Position numbers and translations under genes: made by a program. Shown piece after piece: positions 39,858 to 50,700 of a stretch of DNA of 64,000 bases (positions are counted from its first letter, which is position 1; each line of letters starts with the position of its first letter). The DNA is taken from positions 88,350,001-88,414,000 of the forward strand of contig NC_079168.1 of the NCBI RefSeq assembly GCF_947568905.1, read 5' to 3'. The notes beneath the pieces are model-generated. The model ran no database searches. It worked only from the letters and a program-made list of their open reading frames with translations, and was not told the origin of the DNA. Source of the DNA: Ostrea edulis. Its lineage: Eukaryota.

Positions 39858-42647
39858 CACTGTCATGATCGTGTGCAGGATTGGACAAAACAAGATGGCA
39901 GACGGCATTTCCAAACAAAGGTAGGCTCTTAAAACTCTTCATTTTACCGACTTATTAGACGACGAATTTATGAATTTAAAACACTGCCTGGCCAGGGAGG
40001 CATCATTAAGTTGATTGGTTGTTGGAATTCTTACTCATGTACACGTACAACTCTAAATTCATTGATCGAAGTTGACGATGTTGCCTCGATAGAATTCGAA
40101 GCGGGCGAAGATGTTCTTAATCATGTTTTCATGCATTTTAAGAAAGATACTTTCGGTAAAATAGACTCTGCACATATCTTTTGATGAAAACTCGAACCAG
40201 TGTATGCGATTTGTCCATTAAATTGCCTTGGTTAAATAGATATCTTGACTTGAACATTTGCTAATGTGCAGGATTGGACTATGGTCGTTTCCACAATAAA
40301 CGTGCCGGATTGGACCTCAATTTTGGTTCAGGATTGGACCCTCTTTTTATCTTTATTTTCAAAATCCTTTATATTTTCGAATCTCGACTCCACTTTATCA
40401 TATTTTAGTTTGATTAATGTAGCTTATTAGATTCTCAGACATTTCCAACATGACCATGGTGTATTTTGAATTTTTTTTTTACTGTTATCAAATTACATCG
40501 TCGTTTAAGTTCCCAACGACGACAATTGCTACTGTAAAAATATTCATTCGCTATCTCCTTCAAAATGAACCAATATAACAGATATATACATGAATCACCA
40601 ATCTTTGCTTACGACAGATGTAACGTTGACTGTTCGTATCCATGATATATAAGGCCATTTTGACCTATAAAACACGTGAGAAATTATCATTATTTTAGAA
40701 TCCTCTGTAACAATATAAATTCGACGTTTCCTGAATTCAATTAACCCGCTTACATATTCCCTAATTCCAAACTCTGTTATATAGATTTTCTTCTTTGTTT
40801 CAGGTATCAAGCCCTAGAACTTCATTCCATGAGATGGGTACACTTCGAATGTGCAAATTTGTGGTGAGGAATTCAAGACCAATTCTGAATTGCGTAGGCA
40901 TGTATAAAGGAAACATCAATCAGAAAAATTGTCTTCGTTTGTGACCAGTGCAACACACGCTTTTGCCCATTATAAAAGAAACTCGAAGTAAAAAATACAT
41001 TGTTTTCTGAATACACGAGGTGCATACATACATGTATACCATGGCAGCCGTTTTATATATTCGTTTATGTACATTGTGAAACGATTATTTTTACGGTATT
41101 ATGCTTTGTTTTACAGAGATACTACTAATCTTTTACATTGCATTTTACACATGTTGATTTGTCATTTCATTGAACCTAAGTTTTACGTGTTATTAAATAT
41201 ATTTCAATGTTATTGCGTTTGTATTGAACTGATAACAACTAGTGAAAAAATTGTATTGAAGAGTAACCTCTCATCTGAGCAGCAAATATTGAAAAAGAAA
41301 AAACACCATGGACAAAACTGCTTTTCATTTAGGTTCATATTTCAGCTACAGGAGTGATATTGCGAATTTCTGAGAAAATATCCTTTTTATTTGCTTTCAT
41401 CAGTATATGCACTCCAAGGTTGAATTCAATGTAATTACAAGAAACGAAAGGTTTTAAATGCTGATATTTACTACCGTAAGTAATTATCCTTGTAAGTGAG
41501 TTGGCCTCGATATCTTGCACGACATATGCACTCAAGATTATTAGAATTAAAATGATAGGGAATTTTTTTTCAAAAGATAATAAATCCCGCTTTAACAATC
41601 AAAACTGGTTCCAGCAGAAGCATACATATGAAAGGCACAAGTGCATGTGGACAGATCATTAAGTATTGAAAACATGAACACCTCAACATCTTATTGTCTT
41701 TATTGTCATTGAACAGCTTTGTGAAATGTAAACCATCATGCCTGAAGAGATTATTATACGTCAAACCATGCCCAGTTTTCATAATTCCATGCAGATATCA
41801 CAAATGTTAAGTGGTTGGGAATCGAACATGGTCTACATGTGTATATACAATATAAATGTATTTGCTTCTGCAAAATGAAGACTTTTCAACATGTTGATCT
41901 TCGACAACAAGGCTCCTTCTAACGTGTGACAGAACTTTAGATTCATGTGCGCGGTGCAATTCTCAAACACGTAAAGATTTTCGAGCTGGCTCTTCCGGCT
42001 TACTGATAGTTCCTTGCTCCACGTGCTCTTTTAGGTTTGTCAAAACCATGGTTTTATTAGGAGACATAAAATAGAACACACTTCATTCACTTGCAACTTT
42101 TAAGCTTAAGGAAGTCCGCTCCTGACTGGATCTGTAAGAAAAAAAATGCATGTATTTAAGAAAGGGTCCAATCCTGAACCAAAATCGAGGTCCAATCCGG
42201 CACATTTATCGTGGAAACAACCATAGTCCAATCCTGCACATTAGCAAATGTTCAAGTCAAGATATCTATCTAACCAAGGGAATTTAAGGGACAAATCGCA
42301 TACACTGGTTCAAGTTTTCATTAAAAGATATGTGCAGAGTCTATTTTACCGAAAGTATCTTTCTTAAAATGCATGAAAACATGATTAGAAACATCTTCGC
42401 CCGCTTCGAATTCTATCGAGGCAACATCGTCAACTTCGATCAATGAATTTAGAGTTGTACGTGTACATGAGTAAGAATTCCAACAACCAATCAACTTAAT
42501 GATGCCTCCCTGGCCAGGCAGTGTTTTAAATTCATAAATTCGTCGTCTAATAAGTCGGTAAAATGAAGAGTTTTAAGAGCCTAACTTTGTTTGGAAATGC
42601 CGTCTGCCATCTTGTTTTGTCCAATCCTGCACACGATCATGACAGTG
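39858..42647. mobile_element. 2790-bp non-autonomous DNA transposon with about 485-bp TIRs, CAC termini and a 5-bp TSD (ATATT); Transib/RAG-like signature
   Basis: ATATT|CACTGTCATGATCGTGTGCAGGATTGGAC at 39853-39858 and GTCCAATCCTGCACACGATCATGACAGTG|ATATT at 42647-42652. TIRs 39858-40342 and 42163-42647 differ at only about a dozen positions by eye. No transposase ORF inside. Element certain; superfamily inferred. Confidence 0.85.
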
Positions 42648-44065
42648 ATATTGCTGGGTAGAATATATAATACATGTAATTGCTTTGAAGTATTCTTTAT
42701 TTTGCCATGAATGAACTGCATGCACACTGGTGGCTTATAAAATTTCTATTATGTTCCATACAGTCAATTACTTCATAATACAGTTTTACTCAAACACAGC
42801 AAGCTGATCATTAAGTTTACAGCAATGCATGTTACAAGAGATCGCATGTAGCTCTCCATTCGCCAAATGTAAATTTCATAAAAAAAAAAAAAAGACAACT
42901 CGTATAAAAGTAGGTCAATCATAATGAAGGACAAATTGCTCTATAGTCGTTCATTTAATTTAGCTTAACACTGCATCTTAAATGCTAATGGTGTAGAATT
43001 TGAATTTTGTGTAAATTATATACCTCCAGTAAAAAGTGGGTCAAATGTGACAAAAGTTTAGTAGTTGCGAATTTGAAGGCCATACGGAAAGGGTCACTTC
43101 AATATCTCTAAAAACAAAATAAAATGTGAAGAAGATATTTTATGCAAAGGGCTATTATAACTTTTGTAAAAGTGGCTCAACAGCAACAAAAGTTTAACTT
43201 GGATCTTATTCACAGTGACAGAAAGCTTACACAGTAATCAAGTTTCATATCAAAAGCTGCTGGAATGAAGAAAAAGAAGTGTGGCAAAGGGGGACTGACT
43301 GATATAGATTGGAAACCAGTAGTGATGTACACCCCATTCAGTAGTATTACCGGTAACCAGGTATTACAGGGACTAATAATGGACATCAACTTCCAACAGT
43401 TGACATCTATGCGAGTACTCATCACCAACTTTCATTCATATGAAAGAGATATACACTTCAGAGATTTTTTATTCCTTTTATTTTGTAAAAATCATGTAAA
43501 TGAATATACATAAATGTAAAAGTTGTAAACCTATCAGGTAGTTTGGGGGTGCTGGCTGAAAATATCGGCTTTGTTGGTGGATGAGGAAAATTAGCCATGA
43601 AAGTGTCAACATTTCTAACAAAATAAATCATACACTTGTTTTAAATGAAAATACACCAAAAATTGAAGCACTAAGATTTCAAACTATACTCAATAGAAAA
43701 ATAATAAGCTAAATATTCCCAATGCCAGCATTACCCAATATGTGGTATATACCATAAAATCACTTGCCTTTTAGCTTAATTTTCAGTTTCAGAAAAACCA
43801 GCAATTGGTTATGATTTCATGGTTTGTTGTCAATCTATTATTACATTGTACAGCCGTTCTTCTCTTGTTGAAGATTGTAACTCCATGGTATACGTTCAAA
43901 CAACATTGAAAATTAGACCCACATGAAAAGGAATAATTGTGCAATTGTCCAATTCAAACCAGATAACGTTATAAATAAATATCTACAAAGTTTTTGAACA
44001 GTAATTGATGTACATTGCAGGTACCGTAAATCACTTTGAATTCATCAGAATTTCATTTTCACATA

Positions 44066-44527
44066 CCGTATATACAGATGTACTCGCCTATAAGTCGGTT
44101 GCATAGTTTTAGGTTACTTTGGAGGGAATTGCCATTGACCCATTTATAAGTCGGTCTTACTTTTTTCAAGAATTGGTTGACAATTTCAAATCGATGCCCT
44201 AATGTTTTTACCTGTGTTTCAAATGATATTTTGAGAAATGCACCGATATTTGATCTCCACAAATCAATTTCATATCAATACTTTTATGTGTGATTTTGGG
44301 ATATGACATCGATAATTCACTTTTTATTCTCAACAAATTAAACAATTACTATTTTGTTTATTTTGCCTATGTTTTTGTTGTTTAGAAATACTAGGCTGTA
44401 CATTACGCCGTCCAGAAAAATACTAATCTTCTTAGGACACTCCTTTAACTTGAATATAAGTCGGACATAAGAGTTTTGGACCAAAATTTAACTCCAAAAA
44501 ATCCGACTTATAGGCGAGTATATACAG
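44066..44527 (+). mobile_element. Tc1/pogo-type MITE (CCGTA..TACTCGCCTATAAGTCGG TIR, TA flanks)
   Basis: ta|ccgtatatac..tactcgcctataagtcgg ... ccgacttataggcgagtatatacag|ta; second copy at about 60946-61434. Confidence 0.75.
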
Positions 44528-45228
44528 TAAATTTTAGAGATTGCCAAGACAGGAAACAAGGTTTTTTGAATAACACTTGCTGCAGAAATTGTCTACTTTC
44601 ATAGAAATTTAATTTTTGTTGTTACATTGGTATGATCATATCCCCAAATTCAAATTTCCCACAAGCAGTAGAGCGAAACAAGTTTCCAGATGCATCCAAG
44701 TTCTTTCCCTTTAGAGAACCCATGTACAGTTTGTTTACATGTTGGCCCGGAGTGGACGTACACATGCCCAGGAAGTAAATGTACACAGTAAGATTCTCAT
44801 ATCATCCGGTTGATAACGGTGCACAAACAGAGAGGTATATACAGGGAGTAAATAAACATGTGAACTTCTTATCACATCCTGTTATTTCATGCTCGTCCAT
44901 ACCATATCTAGGATATTTTAACTTTGTGACATTCATCGGTATTTTACATTTCCTATTTAATACATCTTTAAACAGAAACTGCTTTTCACACTGTTTATCA
45001 TTTTCCAACTGTAGACACACTCTGTCCCACTAGGGTACTCAAGAGTAGCACTGCATCAAAAACACCTACACTAAAGAATTCGAATCCTCCACAAAATTAA
45101 GTGATATTAAAGTATATAGAGAATAATGAACATTTTGATTGGTTGCAAAATTTGTCTCATCAAATAATTCAACACGGCAAGATAAAGTCTCAGAAATAAA
45201 AGCGATTAACAATATATAGCGTTTATAG

Positions 45229-46919
45229 AACAAGAGGCCCATGGGCCACATCACTCACCTGAGTCACCTTGGCTCATGTTTAAAGATTTTCCCTATATAT
45301 TTGCATATAAAACTTTTGATCCCTATTGTGTCCCAACCTACCACCAGGGGCCATGATTTTTGCAAACTTGAATCTGCACTATGTCAGGAAGCTTTCATGT
45401 AAATGTAAACTTCTTTGGCCCAATGGTTCTTGAAGAAGATTTTCTCTATATATTTGTATGTAAAATTTTCATCCCCTATTGTGGGCCTCATCCTACCCCC
45501 CAGGGGCCATGATTTTAACAAACTTGAATCTGCACTATGTTAGGAATCTTTCATGTAAATGTAAACTTCTTTGGCCGAATGGTTCTTGAGAAGATTTTCT
45601 CTATATATTTGTATGTAAACTTTTCATCCCCTATTGTGGGCCTCATCCTACCCCCCAGGGGCCATGATTTTAACAAACTTGAATCTGCACTATGTCTGGA
45701 AGCTTTCATGTAAATGTAAACTTCTTTGGCCCAATGGTTCTTGAGAAGATTTTCTCTGTACATTTGTACTTTTCTGGTCCAGTGATTCTTGAGAAGATTT
45801 TTAAAGATTTTCTCTATACATTTGTATGTAAAACTTTGATCCCCTATTGCGGCCCCATCCTACCCCCGGGGTCATGATTTTTACAAACTTGAATCTGTAC
45901 TATGTCTGGAAGCTTTCATGTAAATGTAAACTTCTTTGGCTCAATGGTTCTTGAGAAGATTTTCTCTGTACATTTGTACTTTTCTGGTCCAGTGATTCTT
46001 GAGAAGATTTTTAAAGATTTTCTCTATACATTTGTATGTAAAACTTTGATTCCCTATTGCGGCCCCATCCTACCCCCGGGGTCATGATTTTTACAAACTT
46101 GAATCTGTACTATGTCTGGAAGCTTTCATGTAAATGTAAACTTCTTTGGCCCAATGGTTCTTGAGAAGATTTTCTCTGTACATTTGTACTTTTCTGGTCC
46201 AGTGATTCTTGAGAAGATTTTTAAAGATTTTCTCTATACATTTGTATGTAAAACTTTGATTCCCTATTGCGGCCCCATCCTACCCCCGGGGTCATGATTT
46301 TTACAAACTTGAATCTGTACTATGTCAGGAAGTTTTCATGTAAATCTTTGCTCTTCTGGCCCAATGGTTCTTGAGAAGAAATTTTTAAAAGATTTTCTCT
46401 ATTCCCATGTAAAACTTTGATCCCTTTTTGTGGCGCCAACCTACTCCCGGGGGCCATGATTTGAACAAACTTGAATCTGCACTGTTTAAGGAAGCTTTCA
46501 TGTAAATCTCAGCTCTTCTAGCTCAGTGATTCTTGAGAAGATTTTCTCTATATAATTGCATGTAAAACTTTGATCCCCTATTGTGGCCCCAGCCTACCCT
46601 TGGGGGTGGGGGTGGGGGGTGGGGGGTGGCATGATTTTAACAAACTTGAATCTGCGCTATGTCAGGAAGCTTTCATGTAAATTTCAGCTCCTCTGACTCA
46701 GTGGTTCTTGAGAAATGTTTTTTAAATGACCCCACTTTATTTTTGTGATCTCCTTTTTGAAGGGGGCATGGCCCTTCATTTGAACAAACTTGAAAGAAAT
46801 GCCTTTGGACAATTTTGGTTTGGTATTGGCCCAGTGGTTCTGGAGAAGAAGTCGAAAATGTGAAAAGTTTACAGACAGACGACGGACAACAGGCGATCAG
46901 AAAAGCTTACTTGAGCTAA
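45229..46919 (+). mobile_element. Helentron-type element with expanded satellite array, including three near-identical 210-bp units
   Basis: Same 5' and 3' termini as 17257-18186; near-identical pseudo-ORFs begin at 45692, 45902 and 46112. Confidence 0.8.
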
Positions 46920-47182
46920 TAAAAAGGGTATGAGGGTATATAAACAACAGAGACAAAATTTGAATACTCTGCTAATGAACTCATACTCGGCTTAATAATA
47001 ATCAATTATGCTCATGCTCTCATTGTTTATATATCATTCAAAATACAAATCACTAAGGCATCATTCCATCTATCTATATTTTGTGATATAATATAGGTTT
47101 TTATGTCAATTTCAAAGGTCAATGATTTTATCAAGAAACATTAATAAATTGAAACAGCATAGGTTTATTACTGAGAGTAAAT

Positions 47183-47410
47183 GTAAATATATAATTACAA
47201 AATGACAATCAATGATAGTAATACACATGATGATCAAAATGTGAATATATAATTACAAAATGACAATCGGTGATAGTAATACACAAGATGATCAAAATGT
47301 GAATATATAATTACAAAATGACAATCGATGATAGTAATACACATGATGATCAAAATGTGAATATATAATTACAAAATGACAATCGATGATAGTAATACAC
47401 ATGATGATCA
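47183..47410. repeat. 58-bp tandem repeat, about 4 copies, downstream of the USH2A stop
   Basis: gtgaatatataattacaaaatgacaatcgatgatagtaatacacatgatgatcaaaat repeated. Confidence 0.88.
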
Positions 47411-47745
47411 GTTTATGAAAAATACAACTATTGATACCTGCTCATCTGTAACCAAGTTAATCTGTGCTGGTTTGTAAGACCTGAGTACTATCTCTCTGAA
47501 ATGTCTGAATACTAATCTAGCTTTTGGTTTCAAAATTTGACATAATCTGTCCTATGAAAATACATTTCTATGTTTCATGGAGAGTTCTGGAAACATAAGA
47601 ATTCTTCAGGACATTGATTCATGATTCCGTCCCAGGGCTGCTGATTCCTTCAAACTGGACCATCATGAAGAAATCTGTTATTATATAGACACTGTCTTTC
47701 CTGGACAGTGGTGGAGGACGCAGAATCCTCCTGTGGACCTTGCCC

Positions 47746-50700
47746 TCATAAATGGGTATCTGTAAACATACTTGGTGACTTGGAGAAACTGTAGGTGGGT
47801 CCTTGTGACATCATGTCATCAAACTGAAATAAATGACAGGACATTACACAATGTTTGGACTTTCTAGAAATTGACATCTTGCACCATCATTACCAAACCT
47901 ATAGGACCCCAACACGACTTCATCTATCAATATAATACATGTGTGGTCTTGAAAATTTAAAACATTTGAAAGTAATTATTTCTTTACTTTGTATAGAAAG
48001 AGTTAATAAATGCACAAAAAGTTTTGAAATGTTAAAAAGAAATGAGCTAGGACTGACAGACAAAACTGTGACTAGAAGTAAACAGTAGACAGTCATCTAA
48101 GCCCCACTGTAATTGTTATGACTTTTGACCTAATGTCTTATAAGTGCCTCTTTTATAATATATGAAAATAAAAATATAACATGCAGGCTACCAACTTAAA
48201 TTATTTTGTGATACAATCAGTGCGAGTCATTTTCCTTGTGTAACCTTGGTCTTTCACCTCACAATATATAGGTACCTTCCTCTGATCATCATTCACCTCA
48301 CAATATATAGGTACCTTCCTCTGATCATCATTCATCTCACACTATATAGGTACCTTCCTCTGATCATCATTCACCTCACAATATATAGGTACCTTCCTCT
48401 GATCATCATTCACCTCACAACATATAGGTACCTTCCTCTGATCATCATTCACCTCACAATATATAGGTACCTTCCTCTGATCATCATTCACCTCACACTA
48501 TATAGGTACCTTCCTCTGATCATCATTCACCTCACAACATATAGGTACCTTCCTCTGATCATCATTCACCTCACAACATATAGGTACCTTCCTCTGATCA
48601 TCATTCACCTCACAATATATAGGTACCTTCCTCTGATCATCATTCACCTAACTAAGTAACGAATATGAAGTATGTTCGCTGAAAAATACTCGAAGTTCCT
48701 TTTTCTTTCTTTCATATATTCCATAATTAAGTCATCAACTTTGTTGGAACCTTGAACTGACCTCAATATTGATAGCTGTGTTAAGCTGATTTGATGACAT
48801 ATTTAAGTCTATAAATTAAAATTGTTGGAAATAGAGTGTTATATAAAAGCAAAGACAGACAGATGGACACTGTGGCTATATTAGGCTCTCACAGCTCTAA
48901 TCAAAAGATCTTCAGTTTCCCTTTGGATTCTCCAGTAAGCAATATGCCTTCCTAAGCAATGCCCTTTGACATAAAATTTCTGTGCAGTGCAATTATGTAA
49001 ATGAATTCAGTACTTGACATAAAATTTCTATGCTGTGCAATTTATGTAAAAGAATTCAGTACTTGACATAAAATTTCTACAGTGCAATCTATGTAAAAGA
49101 ATTCAGTACTTGACATAAAATTTCTACACAGTGCAATTTATGTAAAAGAATTCAGTACTTGACATAAAATTTCTACTCAGTGCAATTTATGTAAAAGAAT
49201 TCAGTACTGGTACTCAACATAAAATTTCTAGTCAGTGCAGTTTACTGTGACATAAGATTCTTACCAGTCCACTGTCAAAAGTTCTTTTCCAGAAGAAATC
49301 GTCATCATTAATGAAATCATCGTCATCAACATCATCATGGTGTGGACTGGCTGATGACGATGTGATGTCCATCTCGTAAGAGTAGGAGGAGTTACCTGGG
49401 CCCCGCCTACCATACAACTGCCGTGACATCTCCTGTGATAACATTTAAACCTTGTGCGTATTTGTGCTATACAGAATATTAAAATAATTAAGCCATCAAT
49501 ACTCATAATTGTAACAAATCAAATGTTACGAACTTTATCAGTTTGTCCTCTCCAAAAAGGAGCTTACTTTTAAGCTTTTAACAAGTTTTTATTCATTTTT
49601 ATTTTTGATGCACAGCAATGAATTCTAATTGGCCCAAACTTTGTGACTCTGTCTAATGTACAAGTTTTTTTTTCACTCAAAATGATTTGTGCAGATGATT
49701 TGTGATATTTGAAAAAAGCCTGCTTAAAATTAATGTTAATTTTGGTTCTTGCATATTTGGCAAATTTTCTTCTTGTTACTGTCTTCAGTACAAGTTTTTT
49801 TCCACTCAAAATGATTTGTGCAGATGATTTGTGATATTTGAAAAAAGCTTGCTTAAAATTAATGTTAATTTTGGTTCTTGCATAATTGGCAAATTTTCTT
49901 CATCCACTACAGGAGTTAACTTTTCCCGAGTGTCTAAATTACCCAATATAACGTATAAAGGGATATTTTTTGCCCTTACGGTTATCTAAAACTGATTTTG
50001 CCCAGCTCGAAATTCACTCAAGGTTGTTTCTTGCTACTTTGAAATAATGAGAGAATTTATATTTTCCCAATTTTAAATTCACCCATTTAGGAAAAGGATG
50101 AGATGAGCAAAAACAAAACAGGGAGAAGAAGTTTTGTTATATACATGATGAACTGTTTCCTGGACTCTTACACAAAAATGTAACATTTCTTTTGTAAATT
50201 GCTGCTGGAGACACTTTTGATTATAACTTACAGTCCCAAACACACTCCCACTAGAAGTATCCTCATCCGAGTAGCCCTCTATAGCCCTTTCTCTCCTCTT
50301 TCTGAGGGGGGACCGTTCCCGTATGTATGGCCTGGAGGATTGGATACACTTAAAACAAAGAACCACCATTGCAAATAGTAGGACCAGACCACTCACAATC
50401 ATCAAGGCCATGAACCACACTTCCTTGTAAAAATCCTCAGACATCTGAGAGGTTGATGCAACACCACCAGGGGTAACTGTAAAATAAAAATTACATATGG
50501 CCAAGATCTTACAGTTAGCACCACCAATCTGTCAACATATCAACATCCTCAAAAATTAGTATATAATGTATATTCTAGTATGAACTGGAACCAAGAGAAT
50601 ATCTCTTGTCAGTCAATGTGTATGCCAGTCAGGGGAAAAAGAAATTCTGACTGAGGACTGAATGCAACTAATTATCTAGCACTTTTATAAACGATTTCTT

